From contig CAZJFK010000001.1 of the NCBI GenBank assembly GCA_964545515.1, positions 48,544 to 112,543 of the forward strand: DNA of 64,000 nt, given 5' to 3'. A model generated the notes under the pieces. The model worked only from the letters and a program-made list of their open reading frames with translations. It made no database searches and was not told the origin of the DNA. The stretch's first letter is position 1. Every line of letters begins with the position of its first letter. Of the stretch, positions 18,300 through 27,177 are shown piece by piece. The position numbers and the translations under genes are program-made. The DNA comes from an uncultured Candidatus Saccharibacteria bacterium (GTDB lineage: Bacteria > Patescibacteriota > Saccharimonadia > Saccharimonadales > Saccharimonadaceae).

Positions 18300-19443
18300 T
18301 GTCAGCCACCGTTATAACTAAAACTAATATCATGAGGATTGAAAATCCTGTCGCCTGAATCTTTTCTTCGCGCTCTTTGGTGAGGTCTTTTTTGAACAGC
18401 CTAAAAACCGCCATAGTAAACCATCTACCCCCATCAAGTGCAGGAATCGGCAGAACATTCATGACGGCGAGAGCGATTGAGATCAAAGCCACCAATAGCA
18501 CAAAGAGTGTCAACCCAGCCTGAGTAGCCGCTGGGAATATTACACCCAAAATACCGACCGGTCCAGCCACACTATCACCAGCAGCAGCTATTTCACTATT
18601 TGCCCGAGCTACTTCGCTAGCATTACCAGTGACTTTGAGATACAGACCATTTGCCAGATTACCAATCATCGAGCCTAGTCCATGTAAAGTCTCCCAGGTC
18701 AATTGACCGGTCACAGCAAAACCAACAATCGGCGCCGACCACGTAGAACGTGTTTTCGATTGCTGACCCAAACCAGCGCCAAACACTACATCGGTCTCGG
18801 CGTGAGACTGCCTTAATTTCACACTAATAGTCTTGGTCTCGCCATCACGTGTATAGCGAATAGTCGTCTGTTCCCCCGCATGTTTACGAGTTAGATCGAT
18901 AAATTGCTGCGGATCATTAACGGATACGCCTGCAAAACTAACGATCTTGTCACCCGATTTCAAGCCAGCCTTGGCCGCCGGGTAGTTGTCTTTGATCTGT
19001 GTTAATTGCACTGGACCAGATACGGTCTTAGTATCACCCGACACCGTAAACTGATCATTAATCACTTGTGGTAGGCCTGTGATAGCTAGAATCGTGAGCA
19101 GTACTCCTGCCGTCATCCAGTTCATAAATACACCAGCGAGCAAAATCTTGGTCTTGACCCAAAAACTAGCCGCACCATAGTCACCCTTGCCAGTAGCGGC
19201 GTCATTCTCGCCTTGCAAACGTACAAAACCACCAAGCGGTAGCCAGTTAACGCTATACAATACATTTTTGCCGAGCACACTAGATTTGATCTTGCGGCCC
19301 CAGGCTTTGGGTGGAAACCCAATACCAAATTCCTCGACCTTCACGCCATTACGACGAGCTACTATACCGTGGCCCAACTCATGAATCGCCACCAAAAGCG
19401 TAAGCGCAATAAGACCGACGATTACCCCAATTAATATCGCCAT
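18280..19443 (-). CDS. rseP: RIP site-2 zinc metalloprotease RseP
   Basis: HELGHG in the first TM, a PDZ segment (AAKAGLKSGDKIVSFAG), and C-terminal NVLPIPALDGG. Confidence 0.92.
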   Translation of the reverse strand: MAILIGVIVGLIALTLLVAIHELGHGIVARRNGVKVEEFGIGFPPKAWGRKIKSSVLGKNVLYSVNWLPLGGFVRLQGENDAATGKGDYGAASFWVKTKILLAGVFMNWMTAGVLLTILAITGLPQVINDQFTVSGDTKTVSGPVQLTQIKDNYPAAKAGLKSGDKIVSFAGVSVNDPQQFIDLTRKHAGEQTTIRYTRDGETKTISVKLRQSHAETDVVFGAGLGQQSKTRSTWSAPIVGFAVTGQLTWETLHGLGSMIGNLANGLYLKVTGNASEVARANSEIAAAGDSVAGPVGILGVIFPAATQAGLTLFVLLVALISIALAVMNVLPIPALDGGRWFTMAVFRLFKKDLTKEREEKIQATGFSILMILVLVITVADIGKIIK

Positions 19444-19444
19444 A

Positions 19445-19999
19445 TTAAACCTTCAGAATATCCTGTTCTTTGGCCTTGAATACCACTTCTATCTTGTCTT
19501 GATATTCAGCGACTAACTTATCAATAGCTTTTTCGACTACCTTGTAATCATCTTCGCTGAGCGTCTTGGCATCTTTTTGGCGCTTAGCTTCCTGCAAAGC
19601 GTCCTGGCGAGCCTGACGCACTCCGATGCGCGCATCCTCAACCTTCTCGCCAGCCAATTTAACAATTTGCTTGCGACGTTCCTCTGTAAGGGGTGGCACG
19701 GGCACCCGCACTACTCGCCCATCGTCCGACGGATTCAAACCAAGCGCCTGATCATTACGAATAGCGGTCGATATGGCAGCAATATTAGCAGGATCAAACG
19801 GTGTCACTTGCAATAACTGTGGCTCTGGAGCCGTGACATTTGCCGTCTGATTAAGAGGCATCACTGTGCCATAAACTTCGACCTTGATGCCATCAAGCAT
19901 GCTAGGCTGAGCGCGGCCAGTCTGGACTTTGCGTAGCTCACTTTCAAAATGCTCCAAAGCAGCTGTCATTTTCAATTCATAAGGGTCTGTATCAAACAT
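19445..19999 (-). CDS. frr: Ribosome recycling factor
   Basis: LRKVQTGRAQPSMLDGIKVEVYG...IRNDQALGLNP...VRVPVPPLTEERR. Start set at MFDTDPYE (ATG 19999), preceded by GAAAGAGAGAG. The ORF-track start 20047 is upstream of the likely -10 (TATAAT). Confidence 0.92.
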   Translation of the reverse strand: MFDTDPYELKMTAALEHFESELRKVQTGRAQPSMLDGIKVEVYGTVMPLNQTANVTAPEPQLLQVTPFDPANIAAISTAIRNDQALGLNPSDDGRVVRVPVPPLTEERRKQIVKLAGEKVEDARIGVRQARQDALQEAKRQKDAKTLSEDDYKVVEKAIDKLVAEYQDKIEVVFKAKEQDILKV

Positions 20000-20112
20000 T
20001 ACTCTCTCTTTCTTTGGTTCTATTATACTACATTGCGACAGATACATAATTATGTTAAAATATGTATTAAGTGGTCATCCGACTACGGTTCTTTGCAGAG
20101 AGGATTTATATA

Positions 20113-20526
20113 GTGCTACTATCCACAGCCTCGACTGTTTTCTTCTGGATCGGAGTTGGTATCGCCGGCCTTGGTCTATTACTACTCGTCACCGTCATCG
20201 GCAACAGACGCCTCGATGAAGATGAACGTTTCGGCGGCGGCGCAATCGGTGTCGTCATGATGATTTTCGGTAGCGTCATATTCGGACTCATCGCACACGG
20301 CGGTATGAAAGCCCAAGACATCCAAGACGGTCTGTCGAGCCAAGGTTTCACGGTGGTATCGATTGATACCGACAGAAATCAAGCTACGGTAGTGAACGGT
20401 GACAAGCTCGTGGATGTCCAAGTCTACAAGACTGGCTACCCGCAGGCCTATCACGCCTATTTGGCCTGTCCGGTTGATTCCCAACTGACGGTGTCGACCG
20501 ACAACTGCGCCGCAGTTCCCAAATAA
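20113..20526 (+). CDS. Hypothetical small membrane protein (2 TM plus a soluble tail)
   Basis: Two hydrophobic helices. GTG 20113 is preceded by AGAGAGGA at about 8 nt. The ORF-track GTG 20071 is an alternative start. It occupies the slot where pyrH normally sits. Confidence 0.55.
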   Translation: MLLSTASTVFFWIGVGIAGLGLLLLVTVIGNRRLDEDERFGGGAIGVVMMIFGSVIFGLIAHGGMKAQDIQDGLSSQGFTVVSIDTDRNQATVVNGDKLVDVQVYKTGYPQAYHAYLACPVDSQLTVSTDNCAAVPK

Positions 20527-20540
20527 TCTCTCTAATCAAA

Positions 20541-20560
20541 AAGCTGGCCTAGGCCAGCTT
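20541..20560. terminator. Bidirectional intrinsic terminator (perfect 20-nt palindrome)
   Basis: AAGCTGGCCTAGGCCAGCTT, flanked by A- and T-runs, between the convergent 20113 ORF and tsf. Confidence 0.8.
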
Positions 20561-20579
20561 TTCAAATTGCAGACAAAAT

Positions 20580-21176
20580 TTATTCAGTCACGCCTAGTTC
20601 AATACGCTTGAACTGGCTGATACGAATATTCTCACCGCTGACAGCGATTTGCTCCTTGATACGAGCGTCGACAGTCTTGGTGTCATCTAGTACAAATGGC
20701 TGCTCGGCTAGTACTTGCTCGGCAAAATGCTTTTTGAGCTGGCCTTCGACGATTTTGTCGGCCATTTCAGCTGGCTTGCCCTTTAAGGCATCGCTTTCAA
20801 GTAGCTCTTTCTTCTTGGCTTCATAATCAGCCTCTGGAATATCTTCCATGGTAGAGTATTTTGGTGCAAAAGCCGCAACCTGCATAGCCATCTGGTGTGC
20901 AAATTCTTTGAATTCAGGCAGGCGTGCTACGAAATCAGTCTCGCAGTTTACTTCTACGACCACACCTATACGACCACCGTGTACGTAGCTTTCGATTAAG
21001 CCTTCACGAGTCTCGCGGTCGCCCTTTTTCTCGGCCTTAGTCAGACCTTTTTTGCGTAGAGCCTCAAGAGCCTTATCAAAATCACCCTCAGCTTCTACGA
21101 GAGCTTTTTTGGCGTCAGTCAAACCGATACCAGTTAGTTCTTTGAGTTTTTTAATATCTTCTACTGTAACTGCCAT
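20580..21176 (-). CDS. tsf: Elongation factor Ts (short form, 198 aa)
   Basis: UBA-like N-terminus IKKLKELTGIGLTDAKKALVEAEGDFDKALEALRKKG and core VEVNCETDFVAR. Confidence 0.93.
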   Translation of the reverse strand: MAVTVEDIKKLKELTGIGLTDAKKALVEAEGDFDKALEALRKKGLTKAEKKGDRETREGLIESYVHGGRIGVVVEVNCETDFVARLPEFKEFAHQMAMQVAAFAPKYSTMEDIPEADYEAKKKELLESDALKGKPAEMADKIVEGQLKKHFAEQVLAEQPFVLDDTKTVDARIKEQIAVSGENIRISQFKRIELGVTE

Positions 21177-21883
21177 TATTTAATCTCCTTATCCTTAGAA
21201 CCCTTACCCTCGGCAACTGCCTGGCCAAAGTAATCAAGTAACAGGCTCAGGCCTTTGATTGCATCATCATTACCTGGGATGGCATATTGCACAGGTGTTG
21301 GGTCGACATTGGTGTCAACAACACCTACTACTGGTACGCCGAGTACATTTGCCTCACGTACGGCATTTTTGTCAGTCAAAATATCTACTACTACTACGGC
21401 GCCAGGACGACCGTTTAGGTCTTTGATACCACCATATTTAGCATTAAGTTCAGCAATTTCTTCACTAAAACGCTGTACTTCTAGCTTGGAATAGCGTTTC
21501 TCTAGATCGCCACTTTCCATGCGTCGTTCTAGGTCTTTGAGCTTCTTGACTTGCTTGTTGACAGTGTTGGAATTAGTCAAGATACCACCGATCCAGCGCT
21601 CGGTGACGTACGGCTGGCCGTATTTTTCGGCAGTAGCCTTGACGATGTCTTTGGCTTGCTTTTTGGTACCAACAAATAATACCGCTTTGCCACTGGCGGC
21701 TACGCTAGTCAGAAAAGGTAGCGCCTTGTCGAGAGATTCGACGGTCTTTGTCAGATCGATGATATGACTATCCTGGCGTTTACTATGAATATATGGCGCC
21801 ATTTTAGGGTGCCAACGGCTCGTTTTGTGCCCAAAATGGACACCAGCTTCGAGCAAAGCTTTAATATCGACAGATACTGCCAT
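21176..21883 (-). CDS. rpsB: 30S ribosomal protein S2
   Basis: LLEAGVHFGHKTSRWHPKMAPYI... and VLFVGTKKQA, DTN..P. One-nucleotide overlap with tsf. Confidence 0.96.
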   Translation of the reverse strand: MAVSVDIKALLEAGVHFGHKTSRWHPKMAPYIHSKRQDSHIIDLTKTVESLDKALPFLTSVAASGKAVLFVGTKKQAKDIVKATAEKYGQPYVTERWIGGILTNSNTVNKQVKKLKDLERRMESGDLEKRYSKLEVQRFSEEIAELNAKYGGIKDLNGRPGAVVVVDILTDKNAVREANVLGVPVVGVVDTNVDPTPVQYAIPGNDDAIKGLSLLLDYFGQAVAEGKGSKDKEIK

Positions 21884-21967
21884 TAGATATTACTCCTTTT
21901 GCCTCACCACTTACCCTGAAATACAGGAGTATGTAAGTGGTTGTTTAATAAAATTTATAACTTATTG

Positions 21968-21996
21968 ATTGTAACAGAGGTAGCAAAATATGTCAA
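21968..21996 (-). promoter_or_regulatory. rpsB promoter, consensus TTGACA-17-TACAAT with TGn extension
   Basis: The minus strand reads TTGACATATTTTGCTACCTCTGTTACAAT. An 84-nt leader follows, containing hairpin CCACTTAC...GTAAGTGG and SD AAAGGAG. Confidence 0.65.
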
Positions 21997-22031
21997 ACGT
22001 ATACCCCAAATTGACCCGGTAGTATATACTT

Positions 22032-22571
22032 ATGCTTATGAAACGTCGGTCAAATATAATTTTTCGTAGCGTCGCCAACAAAATATCCATGTGGGCAGGT
22101 AGTCCAGGGGTATTTCTAGGTGCTATCGTTATCGTCGGCATCTGGGCATCATCTGGTCCTAGTGCTGGATATTCAAACACTTGGCAGCTTGTTATCAATA
22201 CCAGCACGACAATCGTGACATTTCTGATGGTGTTCCTTATCCAAAATACCCAGAATCGCGATGGCAAAGCCGTGCAGCTCAAACTCGACGAGCTACTACG
22301 CGTTACCAAAGGTGCACGCACCACCTATGTAGGGCTTGAAGACCTCAGTGACGATGATCTCGAAGAACTCGAAAAAGAATTCAAACTCTTAGCCCAAAGC
22401 CCGGGTACAGTCCGTGCTCTCAATAAGCTCCACGCCAAAATTGAGGCCGAAAACGTCCGCAGGTCTAGCCTACGTGATGCCGCCGCTAGAATGTTTCGCT
22501 ACACTCAATCAGTCGTCCCACCCCTACCCAGCTCGGGCAACAAATCAATCGACAAAGTAGTCAAAAAATAA
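22032..22571 (+). CDS. Low-affinity iron permease family protein (Fet4-like, PF04120-type)
   Basis: FRSVANKISMWAGSPGVFLGAIVIVGIWASSGP...TWQLVINTSTTIVTFLMVFLIQNTQNRDGKAVQLKLDELLR. The second ATG (22038) is an alternative start. Confidence 0.8.
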   Translation: MLMKRRSNIIFRSVANKISMWAGSPGVFLGAIVIVGIWASSGPSAGYSNTWQLVINTSTTIVTFLMVFLIQNTQNRDGKAVQLKLDELLRVTKGARTTYVGLEDLSDDDLEELEKEFKLLAQSPGTVRALNKLHAKIEAENVRRSSLRDAAARMFRYTQSVVPPLPSSGNKSIDKVVKK

Positions 22572-22587
22572 TATCTTCATCACCCCT

Positions 22588-22616
22588 TTGACAATCTATG
22601 CGTTTTTTTGTACAAT
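22588..22616 (+). promoter_or_regulatory. rpmE promoter TTGACA-17-TACAAT
   Basis: TTGACA 22588..22593, 17-nt spacer, TACAAT 22611..22616. This places the ORF-track start 22608 inside the promoter. Confidence 0.6.
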
Positions 22617-22625
22617 AGTCAGGAT

Positions 22626-22955
22626 ATGAAAAGCAGTATACACCCAGAAACATACCGACCAGTCGTATTTAGCGACGAACAGGCCGGATTTGCGTTTTTG
22701 ACGCAGTCAACTGCTACTAGCACTGATACCATCAAGTGGGAAGACGGCAACGAATACCCCCTAATCAAGGTTCATGTTAGTAGCGCATCTCACCCGTTCT
22801 TTACTGGTGAAGAAAAGATCATCGACACCGAAGGTCGTGTCGATAGGTTCAAGGCTCGTGCCGCAGCCGCCGAGGCTCGCCGCGAACAGCTGGCAAACAA
22901 AGCCAAAAAAGCCAAGGCTAACGCCACCAAAAAAGCCGAGACCAAAGACAAATAG
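22626..22955 (+). CDS. rpmE: 50S ribosomal protein L31, type B (no CxxC zinc knuckle), with a Lys/Ala-rich C-terminal tail
   Basis: [32 protein letters not shown]...[29 protein letters not shown]. There is no Cys pair. Confidence 0.9.
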   Translation: MKSSIHPETYRPVVFSDEQAGFAFLTQSTATSTDTIKWEDGNEYPLIKVHVSSASHPFFTGEEKIIDTEGRVDRFKARAAAAEARREQLANKAKKAKANATKKAETKDK

Positions 22956-22970
22956 TCTCATACTAAACCA

Positions 22971-22997
22971 AAATAGACCCCCATACGGGGTCTATTT
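22971..22997. terminator. Intrinsic terminator between convergent rpmE and the orphan operon
   Basis: AAATAGACCCC-catac-GGGGTCTATTT followed by TG/T-rich sequence. Confidence 0.8.
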
Positions 22998-22999
22998 TG

Positions 23000-24592
23000 T
23001 TATCGCCTACGGAAACGATCTTTCTGGGTTAATTTATATCGCTTGGTACGATATGGACGTACAATATTCGTCAGTGGCGGTAAGTCTCTGAGGGATCTCG
23101 GACGCTTTTGTCCATAGCCAATCTCATAAATTATAGAGTTAATCGAATTCTCGAAATCATAATCAACAGACGAGTGAAATCCAGATATATGTGCGCCATG
23201 AGTACTCTTTGGTGACTCATGAGCCTGATAATACGTACGAACTGGTATTTTAATCTTTGAATATTCATCGAAATACACCTCAGGATCCCTGACTTCAAGG
23301 CCACGAGTGACACGATCACGATTCGCCGTCACTAATTGAACTTCTATCGATTTCTTAAACTTAGGAAATTGATCCATTAGAGACTCGGCAACGATAGACA
23401 ACTGCGAGCCGCTAATAGTCCAGTCATCAAGTAATACTATTTTCAAATCTTTCGCATCAGTAACAGTTATATCCGATATATCTGTAATTAATCTGCCACT
23501 ATACTTTTCGGCATCTTCGTCAGAAAACTGAGCTAGAATATTATCCAAAAGATACTCGTCACTCTTGACCCTACCACCACCAGATTCGTAGCGTTTTGCA
23601 ATCTCACCGGCTAATACCAATATCTGCTGATCCGGATTATGATCAAGGAGTGCTCTCCAATAGGTGGCTATACCCCCGATGGCTTCTTTATATTCTTTGC
23701 GACCAATAAAAGTTAGATTTTCCTGTATACGCTGTGCCTTTTTGGACGTGTTATAATCCGCACTGAGTAACTTGCCGTACTCAATCGCTGTATCAAGGAA
23801 TTTGTTTAATCCAACTAGCATCTGATGCTCGGTCATAGACACTCGTTCTTCTCTGAGTATACGACCGTATCTATCACGTACGGGTCTTTTGTAACTAATA
23901 CGATTTTTGCGACTCTTGTCTTTGACCTGGTCTTTGAATCTTGGTGGCACCTTGACGGCATGATCAACTTCCATGCGCTCAATTAATTCATCGGGAGTTA
24001 GCTCCGCCTCTGGTTCCAGGGGCTCAATGGCAATATCATAGGAAGCTTCAGCTTCGTCCTGTTCTATCCTAGGATCACGCCTACGCCCCTTCATAGATGC
24101 AATAGTCTGCGAAGAACTAGGGGCCCACTCCTGAATAGTGTTAAACATCATGTCAGAAATAGATGAGTGAGATTTAGTATGTTTCACCTCCCCCAGAAGC
24201 TCCATTTCCCAATTCGCGAGTGGTGGTTCTATGTATTCACTAGCAGGCTCTGGATGTATGTATTGACTCATCAAGCTACTGAGAGCCTTTTCGCCCATAG
24301 CATGCTGTAATGAGTTTTCATGATAATGAGGCTTGATTATATCTTTGGTTTCGTTTTGATATAGAGACTTAGCCCAAGCAATGTAATTCGAGCTAAAACC
24401 AGATTCTTTTAAATGTTTCAGATGTTCTTCTACGCCAAAATATAAATCATTAGCAGCATATGCCTGCTCTTCTAACGCATACTCATCTGGCTTTTCATCA
24501 AGTGGATTTATATGAGCAGGATAAGCGATATGCGAATAAGGTGGCTGAGACTCATCCGAGTGTTGATTATCTAATTTAATAAATTCCGACAT
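23000..24592 (-). CDS. Hypothetical 530-aa protein with a C-terminal PRTase-like (PRPP-loop) domain
   Basis: KIVLLDDWTISGSQL (nt 23402..23443) fits the type I phosphoribosyltransferase PRPP loop (four hydrophobic residues, D-D, x-T-x-S-G-x). The N-terminal ~290 aa is charged and unrecognisable. The C-terminus is basic. Confidence 0.7.
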   Translation of the reverse strand: MSEFIKLDNQHSDESQPPYSHIAYPAHINPLDEKPDEYALEEQAYAANDLYFGVEEHLKHLKESGFSSNYIAWAKSLYQNETKDIIKPHYHENSLQHAMGEKALSSLMSQYIHPEPASEYIEPPLANWEMELLGEVKHTKSHSSISDMMFNTIQEWAPSSSQTIASMKGRRRDPRIEQDEAEASYDIAIEPLEPEAELTPDELIERMEVDHAVKVPPRFKDQVKDKSRKNRISYKRPVRDRYGRILREERVSMTEHQMLVGLNKFLDTAIEYGKLLSADYNTSKKAQRIQENLTFIGRKEYKEAIGGIATYWRALLDHNPDQQILVLAGEIAKRYESGGGRVKSDEYLLDNILAQFSDEDAEKYSGRLITDISDITVTDAKDLKIVLLDDWTISGSQLSIVAESLMDQFPKFKKSIEVQLVTANRDRVTRGLEVRDPEVYFDEYSKIKIPVRTYYQAHESPKSTHGAHISGFHSSVDYDFENSINSIIYEIGYGQKRPRSLRDLPPLTNIVRPYRTKRYKLTQKDRFRRR

Positions 24593-24607
24593 TTCGTTCT
24601 ACTCTAC

Positions 24608-25540
24608 CTAACGAATATGTGGCACCATAAGATGACGATATTGGTCCGGGTCCTGCAAGAATTCGTCTAGAGCTTTCACATCTTGATCCAAATTATTACT
24701 AGGCGGTTGATCTAGCTCTGATACATAATCACCAAACGCCATAGCTGCATATTTACGCTTCATGAGCTCAGCTGATTCATAGGCATCCTCGCCTTCGCGC
24801 ATCTCTGGCACCATATTACCGGTCGCCGTATCGCGCACGAGGCGCGACGGAGAGCTGGTAGTACCGGAAAATGTGTCTTCTAGGAAATGAACCGCCGGAT
24901 TGCCAGAGATACCTCGTGATAGTGCGTGCAAAAATTTATCCTGCCCATCATGAATATAGCCAGGTATATTTGGGTTGACTGATATCATATAGCGTAGTTC
25001 GGAGTGCGGTAAGGCCTTTTTTAATTCAGGTTCAATGCTGCCATACATACCAATATCAGCCACCAACGTAGGCTTTTCGCTATCCATACCGAGAGTTTTA
25101 CTAATATAACTATGTAAATCGTGAGGGTCCGAATTGTACATAAGCTTGCGAGTAAAATACGCATAAGCTAAATCATCTGGTTTTGCTTCATAAGAATCTG
25201 GAAATTTATCGAGTAGCGCCTTGGCCGCTTCGTACGCCCCGAGGCCATCTCGAGCCGCAAATATAACCTGACCCCCGCCAGCATCATGTAATAGCTCGCT
25301 CGCAAAACCGGCCACCACTGGGGCTAGTTTTTCCTTGGAGCGTATATATAATTCAAACGTATTGGCGGCAGCTTCGTGACGCTCGACCTCAGGTATCTTG
25401 TCTAGTAGCGGATCGGTCATTATATCTTCTAGACGGTGATCATTGATAGATAGCTCAGTAACATCAGAGACAGTATCGCTCATCTCGTGAGCGTCGTGGG
25501 GATATTTAGGACTATTTATAATGTTATGTGCGATTTTCAT
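24608..25540 (-). CDS. Hypothetical 310-aa protein
   Basis: Motifs VIFAARDGLGAYEA and LVADIGMYGSIEPELKK faintly recall the RDG / D-x-G-x-x-G pattern of an uncharacterised HAD-like hydrolase family. This is unverified. It lies 15 nt upstream of the 530-aa ORF. Confidence 0.65.
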   Translation of the reverse strand: MKIAHNIINSPKYPHDAHEMSDTVSDVTELSINDHRLEDIMTDPLLDKIPEVERHEAAANTFELYIRSKEKLAPVVAGFASELLHDAGGGQVIFAARDGLGAYEAAKALLDKFPDSYEAKPDDLAYAYFTRKLMYNSDPHDLHSYISKTLGMDSEKPTLVADIGMYGSIEPELKKALPHSELRYMISVNPNIPGYIHDGQDKFLHALSRGISGNPAVHFLEDTFSGTTSSPSRLVRDTATGNMVPEMREGEDAYESAELMKRKYAAMAFGDYVSELDQPPSNNLDQDVKALDEFLQDPDQYRHLMVPHIR

Positions 25541-25565
25541 TTTTGTTTTAAATGCTTATACTTAA

Positions 25566-25594
25566 ATTCTATCAGAAAATAGCTATTTTGTCAA
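25566..25594 (-). promoter_or_regulatory. Consensus promoter of the orphan two-gene operon
   Basis: The minus strand reads TTGACA (25594..25589), 17 nt, TAGAAT (25571..25566), then a 25-nt A-rich leader without an obvious SD. Confidence 0.6.
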
Positions 25595-25651
25595 TAATCT
25601 AACGTCGTATAACATGGGGCAAGGTGGATATGATATAATTTAATATAACAA

Positions 25652-26722
25652 ATGCCCAAAATATCACTGAATACTGATGAACTGTTAGCCGAGAAAAAAG
25701 AGCTCGGCGAATTTTTGGCTACACCAGATGCATATAGCGACCCGTCGTTTACAGCCAAAAACAAGCGGTTTTCAGAGCTAGATTCTATCATATCAACAGC
25801 GTCTAGGCGGGATACGCTCGAAAAAAACCTCTTAGAGGCCAAAGAACTAGCTACTGGTAGCGACGAATTAGCCGAACTCGCCAAGAGCGAAATCACCGAC
25901 ATCGAGCAGCAGCTTGAATCTATAGACAATGAACTTTTCATCATGCTAGCACCCAAAGACCCCAATGACGACAAAAACGTCATCATGGAAATCCGTGCTG
26001 GTGCTGGTGGCGATGAAGCTAGCCTATTTGCCGCCGAAATGTACCGACTATATCTACGTTACTGCGAAACTCATGGACTCAAAACTGAGCTCATAAGCGA
26101 AAGTGCTAACGACACCGGTGGCTACAAAGAAGTCGTCTTCAAAATCAGTGGGGACTCCCCGTATTCACGACTCAAATTCGAGAGTGGCGTTCACCGTGTC
26201 CAGCGTGTACCAGCCACCGAATCACAAGGTCGAATCCATACTAGCACTATCACCGTAGCCGTACTACCCGAGGCTGAGGAAGCCGATATTGAAATTAATC
26301 CTGGCGATTTGCGCATAGACATCTATCGAGCTAGTGGCCACGGCGGCCAGAGTGTCAACACTACTGACAGTGCCGTGCGTATCACTCACGTACCAAGTGG
26401 ACTAGTAGTCACCAACCAAGACGAAAAATCGCAAATCAAAAACAAAGAAAAAGCCATGAGCGTCCTGCGCTCACGACTGTTGCAGCAAAAGATTGATGAA
26501 GAAAACGCCAAACTTACTGCTGAGCGCCGCGGACTAATCGGCACAGGCGATCGCAGTGAAAAAATTCGTACCTACAATTTCCCACAAGACCGTATAACAG
26601 ATCATCGTATCAAATACAGCCGGTCTAGTATTCCGGCTGCAATGAATGGCGATATCGACGATATCATCGAGAATTTACAGGCCTACGAGCGCGAACTTGC
26701 AGCCCAAGATGCCGGTCTGTAA
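25652..26722 (+). CDS. prfA: Peptide chain release factor 1
   Basis: PAT tripeptide ([15 protein letters not shown]) and GGQ ([20 protein letters not shown]). The extended -10 TGATATAAT (25631..25639) lies 12 nt from the ATG. Confidence 0.96.
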   Translation: MPKISLNTDELLAEKKELGEFLATPDAYSDPSFTAKNKRFSELDSIISTASRRDTLEKNLLEAKELATGSDELAELAKSEITDIEQQLESIDNELFIMLAPKDPNDDKNVIMEIRAGAGGDEASLFAAEMYRLYLRYCETHGLKTELISESANDTGGYKEVVFKISGDSPYSRLKFESGVHRVQRVPATESQGRIHTSTITVAVLPEAEEADIEINPGDLRIDIYRASGHGGQSVNTTDSAVRITHVPSGLVVTNQDEKSQIKNKEKAMSVLRSRLLQQKIDEENAKLTAERRGLIGTGDRSEKIRTYNFPQDRITDHRIKYSRSSIPAAMNGDIDDIIENLQAYERELAAQDAGL

Positions 26723-26728
26723 TAAACG

Positions 26729-27169
26729 TTAAGCTAATTTATCTTCTGATTTATCAGCTTGTTCATCGATATATTTACTTGATTTATCGATAAATTCAAT
26801 AGTTTTGTCAAAAAACCCATGGTTTTCTGTTAGTAGCATATCAGCCGTAGTCAAATCATAGGCTTTTTCTATCTCAGACCGTGAGACATCCTGTCCGTCG
26901 CTATATTTACGTGCAATAGACCGACCAGCGTTCTCGGCTATATCATGTATTCGTTTGGCATCGGGACCCTCTGGGTGCGCCTCGACATAAGACTCGAGGT
27001 ATTTGCCTACTCGCCTATATCGAGCAGCCTTGGTGCGATTCCAATCACCGGCGCTTGCCATATCATGTGCCTTATCAATATCCGATACGGCATCAGGAAA
27101 ATGCTCTAAATATTGAATATTATTATCTGTAACTGGTTGCGATTCTTGAACTAAATGATGATTTTTCAT
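26729..27169 (-). CDS. Hypothetical protein (146 aa), paralogue of the next ORF
   Basis: Shares DIDKAHDMASAGDWNRTKAARYRR / DLTTADMLLTENHG with NIDRAHAMAEHGDGFRTISARLRR / DLSEADFALTESEG of the 27178 ORF. Confidence 0.6.
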   Translation of the reverse strand: MKNHHLVQESQPVTDNNIQYLEHFPDAVSDIDKAHDMASAGDWNRTKAARYRRVGKYLESYVEAHPEGPDAKRIHDIAENAGRSIARKYSDGQDVSRSEIEKAYDLTTADMLLTENHGFFDKTIEFIDKSSKYIDEQADKSEDKLA

Positions 27170-27177
27170 AATACGGC

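Noticed and set aside
20071-20526. An apparent G+C-rich island (runs such as GGCGGCGGCGC) suggesting recent horizontal transfer of the small membrane-protein gene.
   Set aside because: By eye, other plus-strand genes (for example 41312..41833) show similarly C-ending codons. I cannot compute GC or codon statistics here, so the compositional anomaly is unproven. A sliding-window GC/GC3 and codon-adaptation calculation would decide.
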